Shown piece by piece: positions 1 through 9,586 of a DNA stretch of 64,000 bases (position 1 is its first letter; each line of letters starts with the position of its first letter). The DNA is taken from NCBI GenBank assembly GCA_024654565.1, contig JANLHM010000009.1, forward strand, positions 25,945-89,944. The letters are read 5' to 3'. This DNA is from Nanobdellota archaeon. GTDB taxonomy: Archaea; Nanobdellota; Nanobdellia; Pacearchaeales; GW2011-AR1. The notes beneath the pieces are model-generated. The model searched no databases and was not told the DNA's origin. It saw nothing but the letters and a program-made list of their open reading frames with translations. A program made the position numbers and the translations under genes.

Positions 1-376
1 AAGCAAGTTGCATACCTGTCTGCATACGGTCAGCTCCCGCACCTGTAAGCATTTTATTTTCTCTTTGAATGTGATGTGGAAAAGGAACAACCTTGAACAT
101 ATATTGCCCATTTAGTTCTTCATCCAGTTTTTTATTTATATACTGTCTACACGCTTCAAGAGCATTGTGTCTAATCTGAAACTTTTCAGTTGAAACAACT
201 TTCAAAACATGAAGAAGTTTTCCGCTATTGAACAAAGAAGGTTTTCCCATATCAAACTTTACAATTTTTTGTGGAGGAACAACTTTTATGTAAGACTTTT
301 GTCTTTTCTTTGAAACCCTCGTAAAGGGTGTAACTTTCCTTTTTGAATATGCACTTGCTTTTCTTAGTGTCGCCAT
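1..376 (-). CDS. rpl10e: ribosomal protein uL16 (L10e type), C-terminus beyond window edge
   Basis: Absent from the ORF track because it runs off the window. Hand translation of the minus strand from the ATG ending at 376 gives MATLRKASAYSKRKVTPFTRVSKKRQKSYIKVVPPQKIVKFDMG...FPHHIQRENKMLTGAGADRMQTGMQLA. GAGADRxQTGM is the L10e/uL16 signature block. Confidence 0.85.
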   Translation of the reverse strand, partial: MATLRKASAYSKRKVTPFTRVSKKRQKSYIKVVPPQKIVKFDMGKPSLFNSGKLLHVLKVVSTEKFQIRHNALEACRQYINKKLDEELNGQYMFKVVPFPHHIQRENKMLTGAGADRMQTGMQLA

Positions 377-690
377 GATTGTTTTGTTCCTTTGATTAAT
401 CTCACCATTTTCTCTATTTTTGGAAGAGTTGAATACTTGCTCAATTCAGACCTTGTTGCAAGAGTATTAAGTTCTTCTTTTACCCTGTTATCAGCAGATA
501 GAGAAAAAATAATCTTTCTTCTCGAATTTTCATTAAATATCGTGTTCACATTCACAATTTCGAGTGAGGGGTATACTATCTTGAGAGCGCCATCGCCAAC
601 GTAAGAAGGGTCTCCGTACATTTTAGAAAGAAATTTGTTCACAAAAAACTCATTCTCTTTTTTAATCTCAGTTTCATTTATCTTATTCAT
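364..690 (-). CDS. hypothetical protein (108 aa) between the eL33 and uL16 genes
   Basis: ORF track. Same strand as two ribosomal protein genes, with 4-nt and 13-nt overlaps to them. No motif recognised. Confidence 0.5.
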   Translation of the reverse strand: MNKINETEIKKENEFFVNKFLSKMYGDPSYVGDGALKIVYPSLEIVNVNTIFNENSRRKIIFSLSADNRVKEELNTLATRSELSKYSTLPKIEKMVRLIKGTKQSWRH

Positions 691-947
691 TCTATATTGA
701 CCTCGGTTGTAACAGCTTGACCTGGAAGACCTTTTTCAAATATGGCTCGAACAACTCCATTGTTTCCGTGTGAACCTGAAACTTTTCCTTTTATTACTTT
801 ACCCGCAGGAGACTTCCAAAGAACACCTTTTCCTACAAGTTTAGTTGCTTTTTCTTTTGAATCCACGCCAGAAACTTCTATCAAAAAGTGCTTTTCATGA
901 ACATTATGCCTACCCCTTCTAAACTGAACAACCTTTCCTGTTATCAT
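687..947 (-). CDS. rpl35ae: ribosomal protein eL33 (L35Ae)
   Basis: 86 aa. The block GKVSGSHGNNGVVRAIFEKGLPGQA matches the conserved L35Ae C-terminal block (G.V...HGN.G.VRA.F...LP). Confidence 0.85.
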   Translation of the reverse strand: MITGKVVQFRRGRHNVHEKHFLIEVSGVDSKEKATKLVGKGVLWKSPAGKVIKGKVSGSHGNNGVVRAIFEKGLPGQAVTTEVNIE

Positions 948-1028
948 GTTAAATTATTGAGAAATTGGTTTAAAAAACCTTCGCTCAAATTCAGAAACTT
1001 TTATATTCTTTGAAGGGGGTCCATCATA

Positions 1029-1700
1029 ATGAAAAATACTGTTCTAATTACGGGAGCTTCTGGAGGAGTCGGTTTTGAAACAGCAAAATTGTTTTATGAA
1101 AACGGATGGGGGGTATACGGAACTTCAACAAGTGACAAAGGAATCGAAAGGATTTCTTCTGAATTTCCAGATTCAACTAATTTTAAGCTTGATTTGAAGT
1201 CAAAAGAAAGTATAGATAATTTAGTGACTTATTTAGGTGAAATTGATGTCCTTGTAAATAATGCAGCGGTAAAGTCAAAAGGTTCAATTGGAGATTTGAC
1301 TTATGAAGGAATTAATGAAGTAATCAAAGCAAATTTATCGGGTCAAATATATTTAACAAAAAAAATAGTAGATGGTATGAAAGGAAAAGGTGGAAGAATA
1401 ATTAATGTTTCTTCAATCTTTGGATTAATTTCCCCAGAAGATTTCGCTCTTTATTCAGGAACAAAATATGGTTTAAGGGGATTTAGTAAGGGGTTAATGA
1501 GGGATTTGTTAAAAGAGAATATCCTTGTTTCAACAATTTATCCTGGAGGGATAAACACACGTTTTCACGAAAAAGAAAGACCGGAATATTTGGACCCAAA
1601 AGATGTTGCAGATGCAATCTATTACATTGCCTCAAGACCTAAAGGAGTTTTAGTTTCGGAACTGACAATAGTTTCGGATAAAGAAAAAAGAATTCCTTAA
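1029..1700 (+). CDS. short-chain dehydrogenase/reductase (SDR)
   Basis: TGASGGVGFETAK glycine-rich NAD(P) loop, NNAAV, and a YSGTKYGLRGF catalytic YxxxK. A TATA-like cttttatatt lies about 25 nt upstream. Confidence 0.85.
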   Translation: MKNTVLITGASGGVGFETAKLFYENGWGVYGTSTSDKGIERISSEFPDSTNFKLDLKSKESIDNLVTYLGEIDVLVNNAAVKSKGSIGDLTYEGINEVIKANLSGQIYLTKKIVDGMKGKGGRIINVSSIFGLISPEDFALYSGTKYGLRGFSKGLMRDLLKENILVSTIYPGGINTRFHEKERPEYLDPKDVADAIYYIASRPKGVLVSELTIVSDKEKRIP

Positions 1701-2288
1701 TCATTCGTTAATAATTAAAGAATAATAGTCAATCAACTCTTGTCCAAGAAAGTTCAATTTTTCCGATTGAGGTTTAATTTGTTCTTCATATCCATTTTTA
1801 TATTCATCAAAACCCTCAATACAAGTTTTCCACATATCTTTTCCAAACTTGATTCCCTGATTAATAATTTCTTTGTTTTCAAAATCTTTCTCTTCCCATC
1901 TTTTATGAATTAACTTTTTTGCATATTCTTTATCCCCCCAAGATTCTAAAAAAATTCTATTCCAATAGTCTAACTTAAATAAAACACATCCAGAATGGAT
2001 TGTATCAGGAATAAAAATTCCCCCATCTGCAATTTTTTTAAATTGAAACTCAAATTTTCCTTCAAGATTATGATTTAAATCTTTTTTCACTAAAGAATAT
2101 TTTTCTATAAAATCCTTTAATGGCCCCCCCATTTCTAAATTTTCTTTTGCCTTTTTCATTATATATAAATGTGCAAGAGAATCAACACCATAAATTAAAA
2201 TTTCATGTCCAAGAGAATAATTGCTGAGTAAATCATCTTTTGTTAAGAGATTAATTTCATTTTTAACTTCTTCACTTAATTCTTTCAT
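1701..2288 (-). CDS. hypothetical protein (195 aa)
   Basis: Long ORF in an AT-rich background; no motif recognised. Confidence 0.55.
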   Translation of the reverse strand: MKELSEEVKNEINLLTKDDLLSNYSLGHEILIYGVDSLAHLYIMKKAKENLEMGGPLKDFIEKYSLVKKDLNHNLEGKFEFQFKKIADGGIFIPDTIHSGCVLFKLDYWNRIFLESWGDKEYAKKLIHKRWEEKDFENKEIINQGIKFGKDMWKTCIEGFDEYKNGYEEQIKPQSEKLNFLGQELIDYYSLIINE

Positions 2289-2334
2289 AAAAAAGATAGA
2301 AACTTAAAACTTTATAAATGTAAATACTAAAGGA

Positions 2335-3447
2335 TTACCCTTTTTCCAAAACATAAATCATTCTTCCTACAATCTGATTTTCACGAAACTCAGGAATTTC
2401 ATGAATTAATTCATATCCAGTTTCAATTAAAACCTTTTGAATGTCACACTTTAGTCTTTTCTTCCCGATTCGAATATAAGGCGAAGTAAAAACTATTCGT
2501 CCTGAAACTTTTTCCTTATAATTTTTTATTACTTTTGTTATGAGTTTTTCAAATTTTTCAAGTGTCTTAACGGCTTCTTTTCTTTGAGGAATTTTTTTTA
2601 AGGTTTCTCCCAAATCTGGTTCAGTTACAATTGCGTTTACAGGGGGGATTTGTGCAAATAGTGAGTCCTCGTTGAGGAGTTTATACTCTTCCTTATTAAA
2701 TTTGAACCATTCAAGATTTTGTTTTGCACCAGAAACAGCATTTTTATCTTTGTCAATTCCAACAACTTTTATTCCTAAAAGTAGTGCTTCTAAGATAAGC
2801 CCACCTATTCCACAAAATGGATCAAGCAAAGTCTCTCCTTTTTTTGCTTTTGAAAGGTTAATTAAAATCTTTGAGAGTCTTGGAGAAATTGCAAGGGACT
2901 CCCGTCTCACTGGTTTATTCATATCTCTTTTTTCAATAATGTTGTAGTCACAGTTTTCAATAATTTTTCCAAATAAAACCTTTCCCGAATAATCAAACAC
3001 AAAAAATTCTTTGTCAATTAACTTTGAAGAAGGAATGTCAAACTCTTCCCCTTCCTGAAGGTTTATTTTCCCTGTCATGTGTTTTAAGGTTGCTTTCAAT
3101 TTTTCATTTCTGAATCTTTTTTTTAAGTAATTAAGAACAATTTCAAAACTTTCTGAGAAATCCCAAAGGGCATAATTAAGTTTATTGCTTTTTCCGTAAT
3201 ACAAGTTTACTTCATCAAGTTTTTTCTCAATTTCATTTTTGTTTTCCTCTAAAATAACTTCTCCAATTGAAAGCACCCCTCCAAAAGAATTGACAATTTC
3301 TTCATCAATAGGTTTTTTTAAACTAAGTAGTAAAGCATTTTTGACAAGTTTAAAATCTGAAATTTTGTTTTCCTCTTTCTCAAAATAAGAAAAAACTTCA
3401 GCCTTTGATAACTCAACATTCCTCCCGAGAATAAAAAGATATTTCAT
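2335..3447 (-). CDS. putative tRNA (guanine-N2) methyltransferase, Trm11/COG1041-like
   Basis: The N-terminus MKYLFILGRNVELSKAEVFSYFE resembles the COG1041 start. LLDPFCGIGGLILEA is a SAM motif I, and VTEPDLG sits where the DPPYG-like motif IV is expected. Confidence 0.65.
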   Translation of the reverse strand: MKYLFILGRNVELSKAEVFSYFEKEENKISDFKLVKNALLLSLKKPIDEEIVNSFGGVLSIGEVILEENKNEIEKKLDEVNLYYGKSNKLNYALWDFSESFEIVLNYLKKRFRNEKLKATLKHMTGKINLQEGEEFDIPSSKLIDKEFFVFDYSGKVLFGKIIENCDYNIIEKRDMNKPVRRESLAISPRLSKILINLSKAKKGETLLDPFCGIGGLILEALLLGIKVVGIDKDKNAVSGAKQNLEWFKFNKEEYKLLNEDSLFAQIPPVNAIVTEPDLGETLKKIPQRKEAVKTLEKFEKLITKVIKNYKEKVSGRIVFTSPYIRIGKKRLKCDIQKVLIETGYELIHEIPEFRENQIVGRMIYVLEKG

Positions 3448-3543
3448 GATTTAAAAAGAAAAAGTGACTTTTTAGAAGTTTTGATTTGCGGGTTTTTCCT
3501 TTTAATTAGCGAAGTTTTTAAATCCAATTGTCTTTTATCCAAA

Positions 3544-4725
3544 ATGCAAAAAAAAGGGGAAAAAAAGGGGATAAAACTTTTGACACTAGCAACTTCAGTC
3601 AGGTGGCTAGGTTGGGGTTTTGGGGAAGCGTTTATCCCAGTATTTCTACTTTTATTTTCAAAAAACTTTCTTGAAGCAGGAATACTTGCATCCGCATACT
3701 ACTTACTTTTCTTTTTGTCTCTTCCAATTTCTTCATACATTGCAGACCGTTACAATGTAAAAAAAATGCTCCTTACAGCGATGATAATTTACATTTTTAT
3801 TGGCTTAGGATATTTTGTAGCAGGAATTACTGGGGCAGTTATTTTTATAATTCTCTCAAGAAGTTTAAGTGGGGTGTCTTTCTCAATGGATCAAATTGGA
3901 AAAGAGTCTTACATTATGAGGCATTCCCCAAAAGGAAAAGTCTCTGAAACTTTTGGACGTTTTGATTTTGTAACAAACTTATGGTGGGTTGTTGCAGTAT
4001 TAGTGGGACTTATATTAGTCGAGTTTGCGGATGTCAAAATTCATGAGCTTTTGCTTCTTGTTGTTCCAACGTCCCTCATATCTTTTTTTATTTTAATGAA
4101 ACTCAAAGAAAAAAGTAATAAGAAAAAAAATAATTTTTCAATAAAAAATGCATACCTTGAAACTTTTAAAGAGATTAAAAAATTCAGTAAGGGATTAAAA
4201 CTGGTTGCATTCTTAACTTTTGTTTTTGCATTGTCGAGTTCCATTCTTTATTTCTTTGTTCCAATATCTGCTTACTTGGGGGGAAATGGAGTTGTAAGTT
4301 CAGCCGTCCTTGCTTTTGTATATTCAATTCCATTTTTCTTTGGAAACAGTCTTGGAAAAATAGTCGATAAAAAGAAGGACAAAGTTTATATTTTTGGGGG
4401 AGTTTCACTTATTTTGGTCTTTCTTGCAGTTGCATTTTTTAAAAGTTATGCAGTTCTTTTAGTTATAATGCTTATTTCAAGCGGAATTTTTGAACTTTTG
4501 TCCCTTACAAGAAGGGGGATGACTGCAAAACTTGGAAACAGGATGAAGCTTGGAGAAATTGACGGGGCATTAAATGGAGTTGCGGCACTTGGAGCGATTA
4601 CAGGGCCCATACTTTTTGGATTTTTTATGGATTCACTTGGAATGGAAACTTCATACCTAATAATTTCAGGAATAATTTTGATCTCAATTTCAGTTTTTAT
4701 TCTAAAAAGAAAACATTTGAATTAA
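3544..4725 (+). CDS. MFS-type transporter
   Basis: About 12 predicted hydrophobic helices. The track ORF starts at a TTG (3481). The ATG at 3544 (MQKKGEKKG...) sits about 25 nt after a tttttaaat box, so it is preferred. Confidence 0.7.
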   Translation: MQKKGEKKGIKLLTLATSVRWLGWGFGEAFIPVFLLLFSKNFLEAGILASAYYLLFFLSLPISSYIADRYNVKKMLLTAMIIYIFIGLGYFVAGITGAVIFIILSRSLSGVSFSMDQIGKESYIMRHSPKGKVSETFGRFDFVTNLWWVVAVLVGLILVEFADVKIHELLLLVVPTSLISFFILMKLKEKSNKKKNNFSIKNAYLETFKEIKKFSKGLKLVAFLTFVFALSSSILYFFVPISAYLGGNGVVSSAVLAFVYSIPFFFGNSLGKIVDKKKDKVYIFGGVSLILVFLAVAFFKSYAVLLVIMLISSGIFELLSLTRRGMTAKLGNRMKLGEIDGALNGVAALGAITGPILFGFFMDSLGMETSYLIISGIILISISVFILKRKHLN

Positions 4726-6488
4726 AAAACAATCTCAAAATCCCCATACTCTTTCTTTAAAACTTCAAATATTTTAGAATCTACTTCAACTTCATTCTTT
4801 TCTCTTTGTTCCAAAAGTGCCTTTTCAAATTCCTCAAGAGTTGACTCTTCAATTTTTTCTTTAATTTTCTTTATTTTGTTTCCCTCAAAAAGGAAGGTCT
4901 TTCCATTGGCGTTAACAATCTCAACTTTTTTGTCTTTCATCTTTAAAATCATTTTTCCTTTGTTCATTGTTGCAAGTTCTTTTCTTTGGATGAACTCTAT
5001 CAAGTCTTTAATCAAAATATCCGCGTCCTTCCTTACTCTGTCAATTTTGTGGGAATCTGACTTTTCTTTTTTAAATTCCTTCTTTGAATTTATTATTTCT
5101 TTAAGAATTCTCAAATGCTGATTAGTAAATTTGGATTCTTTAACACACTTCTTCTCAAATTCAAGAACAAGTTTTTCTTGGGACTTTTTTCCCAAGATGT
5201 TTTTCAAAAGTCCAAAAACATCATCATTTAACTGATTGACTGTTTTTTCCTGAAATTTCTTTTCAATTTCTTTTCTTAATTCCTTAAGTCGCTTTAGGTA
5301 TTCTTCAGTTTCTTTTAAAAGTTTGTCGATTTCAGTTCCCGAAATTTCTTTTATTCTCTCGTGTTCATAGTCTTTCCAAGTTTTCACAACCTTTTCAAGA
5401 AAGTCAACATACTTTTTTTCAATCATTTTTGTTTCAAAGAATGCTTTTTTGAAAGCATTTACAAGTTCTTTTGAAGTTGGTGGAGGATATCCCCCAAGCA
5501 TAAGAATTGCTTGGGCAGGAGTTGTTACTCCCCAGAATATGTTTGTAAAAACGTCAGACAAAAGAGTTTTTTTACTTCTGTTAATTACTCCGTCACCCAT
5601 ACTCATGAACATGTCAATTGCCTCAGGAGAAGGTTTCAATTTACCCATTCTTAAAAGTGATTTCCACGGCATGAATGTTCCTCGGTCATAAAGCGGAACA
5701 CCATCTCTTATAAAAGTGAACATTACAGGGTGGGCATCTTTTACTGCATCCCAAAAATCAGTTAAAAGGTAAATTTGAGGTTCAAGGCGATTTTTAACCC
5801 CTGCAATTTGTGTTGCTTCAGCGACATATTGGTATATTATTCCTCTAAGTCTCTCAAGAAGTTCCCTTCTTGGCATTCGTTTAACGTCAGTGTCATTAAT
5901 TATCACAAAAACATCAACGTCACTTGTTTTTACCGCGTCACCCCTGATTAAACTTCCCCCAATAACATAACTTACAACATACTTTTCAAATTTCTGTAGA
6001 ACTAGTGACTTATGAATTTCAGCGACTCTGAGGGCCCCCAAAATTCCTTTGTCATACAAAGGGTAACTCATTGCAATCGCACCTGAAAGTTCAAACTTTT
6101 GATCCATACAAATTTCCCATATTTCAGCAGGAGTAAAAACATGAACCCATACTTTCTCTTTTGACCTTTCAACTTCCTTGATTATTTCTTGTTTAATCTT
6201 TGCAACTTCTTTAGATTTATCATCAGGAACAATAATCCCAATGTGGACTGAATCCTTTGATTCCTTTGGTGCTTCCTCTTCATCAATAAACTTTGGAACT
6301 GCCTGGGGGGGAAGAATTCCAAAAGCAAGAATATAACGAAATTTTTTTAGGGTAAAGTTTTTCAATTTTTCAATTTCTTTTTTTGTTTTCTCAAACTTTT
6401 TCTTCTCTTCTTCAGGGTCAACGTTTGGAACTTTGGGTTTTGAATAATTTAAATCCATTCCAGGAATGGAATCAGTATTTGGAACCAT
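4722..6488 (-). CDS. large nucleotidyltransferase-domain protein (pol-beta superfamily) with helical/coiled-coil C-terminus
   Basis: GGSLIRGDAVKTSDVDVFVII is a GS-x(9-10)-DxD NTase motif. It is followed by a helical KNTase/HEPN-like region and a Lys/Glu-rich coiled coil. Confidence 0.7.
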   Translation of the reverse strand: MVPNTDSIPGMDLNYSKPKVPNVDPEEEKKKFEKTKKEIEKLKNFTLKKFRYILAFGILPPQAVPKFIDEEEAPKESKDSVHIGIIVPDDKSKEVAKIKQEIIKEVERSKEKVWVHVFTPAEIWEICMDQKFELSGAIAMSYPLYDKGILGALRVAEIHKSLVLQKFEKYVVSYVIGGSLIRGDAVKTSDVDVFVIINDTDVKRMPRRELLERLRGIIYQYVAEATQIAGVKNRLEPQIYLLTDFWDAVKDAHPVMFTFIRDGVPLYDRGTFMPWKSLLRMGKLKPSPEAIDMFMSMGDGVINRSKKTLLSDVFTNIFWGVTTPAQAILMLGGYPPPTSKELVNAFKKAFFETKMIEKKYVDFLEKVVKTWKDYEHERIKEISGTEIDKLLKETEEYLKRLKELRKEIEKKFQEKTVNQLNDDVFGLLKNILGKKSQEKLVLEFEKKCVKESKFTNQHLRILKEIINSKKEFKKEKSDSHKIDRVRKDADILIKDLIEFIQRKELATMNKGKMILKMKDKKVEIVNANGKTFLFEGNKIKKIKEKIEESTLEEFEKALLEQREKNEVEVDSKIFEVLKKEYGDFEIVF

Positions 6489-6541
6489 ACACTAAAAACA
6501 AGTGCCTTATTTATAAAAGTTTGGGGAAAATTGAATCTGAA

Positions 6542-6813
6542 TTAGTAAGACAAAATTCTCTTTTTTCTAATGTGGTAATAGACGAGTCCAAAAATAATTA
6601 AGACAATCCCAAGTGTTGTTGCAACATAACCTGCACACACCCATTCCATACACTCTTCAAACAGTTTTATTAAAGCTATTTTCCCAAAGCAAATGAAGTA
6701 AATCCAGTTCGAACATACGCTAATGAATTTCTTTCATTGGCAAGAATTGTCCTCTCCTGAGCCAATTTCTTGCGACTCAAAAGCCTCTTTTTTATGTAAT
6801 TGTTTATCACCAT
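6542..6813 (-). pseudogene. DUF202/YidH-like small membrane protein gene interrupted by a -1 frame change
   Basis: Hand translation. The N-terminal piece (6813 down to 6676) reads MVINNYIKKRLLSRKKLAQERTILANERNSLAYVRTGFTSFALGK then TAG; LANERxxLAxxRT is the DUF202 signature. The C-terminal piece is in the -1 frame: (GK)IALIKLFEECMEWVCAGYVATTLGIVLIIFGLVYYHIRKKRILSY. Neither piece is in the ORF track (both under 60 aa). Confidence 0.6.
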
Positions 6814-6881
6814 TTTATATCTTAAATAAATTTTCTGAGGTTTTTAATCTTTTTTGACCTTTTGAAGAATTGAATAGTTTT

Positions 6882-7427
6882 TTAAGAGTCTTCAAAAGCA
6901 ATTTTTGCTACAGACATTTTTTTATAAAAATGAAGGTACTTGGATTTACTTTTTGATTCAAAGATCATGAGGTTCAAGCCTTCCCAGAACGAAAACCATC
7001 CAGCTGGCTCAAACAAGACAGAAAGAAAAATTATGAATGGATTCTGGCTTTCCCTAGTTATAAAAAAAGTTGCAAGTACCATAAACAAAACTCCGGATAA
7101 GGCAAATAAAAATCCCTTCCATAAAACCCTTCTTTTTAATCTTTCAGTAAGTATAAAATGTTTCTTAAAATAAACTTTTATTCGATTTTGAATAATTCTT
7201 TCAGTTGAAGGGTTTCTTTTCTCTCTTGGAACAAAAAGTTTTAATTCGACTTCGTTATCTTTTTTGTCTTTTGTTACCCTGTTTATTTCATTTAAAAGGT
7301 CCTCTGACAAAAGTTTCTGGGAATATGGCCTAGAATCAAAATCAGAAAAAAGGTGGTCATAATCTTCAACAAAAAGACCAACCTTAGAAAATTTCTTTGC
7401 TTTTTCTGCCCCTTTTACCTTTTCCAC
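6882..7427 (-). CDS. hypothetical membrane protein (181 aa)
   Basis: Charged N-terminal half followed by two hydrophobic helices (FLFALSGVLFMVLATFFI, IIFLSVLFEPAGWFSFW). Confidence 0.55.
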   Translation of the reverse strand: MEKVKGAEKAKKFSKVGLFVEDYDHLFSDFDSRPYSQKLLSEDLLNEINRVTKDKKDNEVELKLFVPREKRNPSTERIIQNRIKVYFKKHFILTERLKRRVLWKGFLFALSGVLFMVLATFFITRESQNPFIIFLSVLFEPAGWFSFWEGLNLMIFESKSKSKYLHFYKKMSVAKIAFEDS

Positions 7428-7505
7428 AAATTACTTTAAGACTTCATAATTTTTAAATGTTAATAAATGTCAAAAATTGTTTTTTGAGATGGGAATTTTG
7501 ATAAT

Positions 7506-8246
7506 TTAATGCTTAGTTGCTTCTACTTTTAAACTTTCTAAAGCTATTCCTTCATATTGTCTTTTTGAAATCTCTTTGTCCTCGCCTAATATTATTACAT
7601 TAAAACCTGCTCTTTTTATCTTCTGAATGTAATCTTCTTTTTGTAATGCTCCTGCAACGCAACCAGTCATCAAACCTTCATCTGTTTTTTGTTCATCTGT
7701 TAACGCTCCTAGCAGAACAATATCTGAAATAAACATTTTTCCACCTTTCTTTAAAACTCTAAAAGACTCTTCAAAAACTTTATCCTTATTTGGTGCAAGA
7801 TTAATAACGCAGTTACTTATTACAACATTAATAGAATTGTCTTCTATTGGAAGTTCTTCTATATCTCCCAATTTAAACTCTACATTGTCGTATCCATATT
7901 TTATAGAATTTGCTTTTGCTTTTTTTATCATTTCGGGGGTCATGTCAACCCCAATTACTTTTCCTGCCTCTCCAACCTTTTTTGCAGCTAAAAAAACATC
8001 AACTCCAGCTCCACTCCCTAAATCCAGGACAACATCTCCTTTCTTAATAGTTCCAAGTGCGGTGGGGTTTCCACAGCCCAAACCTAGATTTGCCTCAGGC
8101 ACATTATTTATTTCTTTGTTTGAATAACCAATTTCTTTAGAAATTTTTTCATTAGAAACTCCGCATCCGCAATTACAAGAGCACCCCCTTTTAGCAATTT
8201 TGGTATAACCTTCTTTTACAGTTTTTTTTATTTCATTGTTTTTCAT
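7506..8246 (-). CDS. arsM: arsenite S-adenosylmethionine methyltransferase
   Basis: [16 protein letters not shown] is a SAM motif. Conserved Cys contexts GLGCGNP, SNCVINL and TGCVAGA are present, plus an N-terminal CSCNCGCG cluster. Sits 1 nt after arsR. Confidence 0.85.
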   Translation of the reverse strand: MKNNEIKKTVKEGYTKIAKRGCSCNCGCGVSNEKISKEIGYSNKEINNVPEANLGLGCGNPTALGTIKKGDVVLDLGSGAGVDVFLAAKKVGEAGKVIGVDMTPEMIKKAKANSIKYGYDNVEFKLGDIEELPIEDNSINVVISNCVINLAPNKDKVFEESFRVLKKGGKMFISDIVLLGALTDEQKTDEGLMTGCVAGALQKEDYIQKIKRAGFNVIILGEDKEISKRQYEGIALESLKVEATKH

Positions 8247-8247
8247 T

Positions 8248-8526
8248 TTATTTCATTTGTTTGTTTAACCCCAACAATTTAAAAATTTCAAGAACTTTCT
8301 TATCTACAATTTGATAATAAACCCACTTCCCTTCCCTTCTTGATTTGATTATTTTTGCTTTCTCCAAGACGTTAAGTTGTATAGAAACAGTTGATTGGGT
8401 TCTTTTCACATTAGGAAAAATCTCACAAACACATTTTTCTCCATTAAGAAGAAACTGAATTATTTTTAATCGGGTATTATCACTCAATGCTTTAAGTATA
8501 ATTATCGGTTGCTGATTACCGCTCAT
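8248..8526 (-). CDS. arsR: ArsR-family metalloregulator
   Basis: w[26 protein letters not shown] with a CVC metal-binding motif, then [17 protein letters not shown]. Confidence 0.85.
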   Translation of the reverse strand: MSGNQQPIIILKALSDNTRLKIIQFLLNGEKCVCEIFPNVKRTQSTVSIQLNVLEKAKIIKSRREGKWVYYQIVDKKVLEIFKLLGLNKQMK

Positions 8527-8574
8527 AGAACATATTGATGTTTATCAATATATAAACTTTCCCTTTTTAGGTTA

Positions 8575-8645
8575 TGGTCCATGGAGGAATCGGACCTCCG
8601 CCTTCTCGGTGTAAACGAGATGTTCTGCCATTAGACTAATGGACC
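8575..8645 (-). tRNA. tRNA-Val (anticodon UAC)
   Basis: Hand fold of the reverse complement GGTCCATTAGTCTAATGGCAGAACATCTCGTTTACACCGAGAAGGCGGAGGTCCGATTCCTCCATGGACCA. The 7-bp acceptor, TCTCG/CGAGA anticodon stem, TTTACAC loop and GGAGG/CCTCC T-stem are all perfect. The D-stem is imperfect. Confidence 0.75.
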
Positions 8646-8680
8646 AAAGTAAATTTTAATGTCGTTTAGGTTTTAAAAAG

Positions 8681-9532
8681 TTATTCTTTATAATTGGAAG
8701 GTTTATTGAAATGAGTCATGAGGTCATAATAAACAAGGGCTTCATCGGAAATTTTAAGAGATTTCAACCGATCAAGATAGTAGTTCAATTCTTCAAATCT
8801 TCCTTCTTTATGGAAAGTTCTCCTAGCAATTGCGGGAAGAGTTGGATAGTTTACAGGATTTTCATCAACAAGAATTATTGGAATATTAAGTGCATATGAA
8901 ACCCCCATAAAATAAAGTGCCTCTTTTTTGTTGTATCCGTTTCCCTTGTCAAAGTTTATAATCATCAAATCAGTTTCCTTGAATTTATCGAGCTCATCAA
9001 CCTTTAAATTGCAATTAATCTTTTTTCCCATTTTCTTTAATTTAACAACTGTTTCGGTCAAGGGTGTTAAATCCCCTGCAACATAAACATTTTTATAAGA
9101 ATCCATAAGTGAAGGATTTTTCAAAGGAACAATTTCGGTAATTTTAGAAGATAAATCTCCCCTTTTTAAAAAATTAAATGATTCGTTCTTACTGAAAAAG
9201 TAATAAGATGAAACTTTTTTAAGAAGACTTTCTTTTTTATTTCTTCCGCTTTCGTCAACGGTAATTATTGAATTTCCTTTTACTCTTGATGCTCCAACCT
9301 CACTGTAAGAAGTTGTTCCGGCAGAATTCTTTCCAAACGGAATGTAACAAAGAGTTGAAGGCGTTTCTATGGAGGAGTTCAGGTCCGTAAAAACAACTTT
9401 TGCCATCGAAGACTGGGGATTATTTCTGGGATCAACCCATTTAATTTCTGGAAATTTATTTATAAATTCATCCCTCCATTCGGGGTTTGTAAAAGATCCA
9501 ACAAGATAAATTCCCTCTTTTGCTTTAATCAT
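8681..9532 (-). CDS. hypothetical protein with two tandem nucleoside 2-deoxyribosyltransferase-like (Rossmann/SLOG-like) halves
   Basis: Half 1: IYLVGSF..PEWRDEF...VDPR...GTTSYSEVGASRVKGNSIITVDE. Half 2: VYVAGDL...DLMIINFD...EALYFMGVSYALNIPIILVDE. Both follow the (I/V)Y(L/V)AG ... G(T)xxE(I/V)G ... (I/V)(I/V)xx(D/E) pattern of that fold. Assignment by eye only. Confidence 0.5.
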   Translation of the reverse strand: MIKAKEGIYLVGSFTNPEWRDEFINKFPEIKWVDPRNNPQSSMAKVVFTDLNSSIETPSTLCYIPFGKNSAGTTSYSEVGASRVKGNSIITVDESGRNKKESLLKKVSSYYFFSKNESFNFLKRGDLSSKITEIVPLKNPSLMDSYKNVYVAGDLTPLTETVVKLKKMGKKINCNLKVDELDKFKETDLMIINFDKGNGYNKKEALYFMGVSYALNIPIILVDENPVNYPTLPAIARRTFHKEGRFEELNYYLDRLKSLKISDEALVYYDLMTHFNKPSNYKE

Positions 9533-9586
9533 GTTAAATCACTTTTTTGTTTATTTAAAAATAAATATGTAATGAAAAATATAAAA

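Noticed and set aside
364-690. Tried to assign the 108-aa protein between the eL33 and uL16 genes to an RNase P/Pop5, Pcc1 or similar small RNA-processing family
   Set aside because: I could not align any family signature by eye. It is left as hypothetical rather than guessed.
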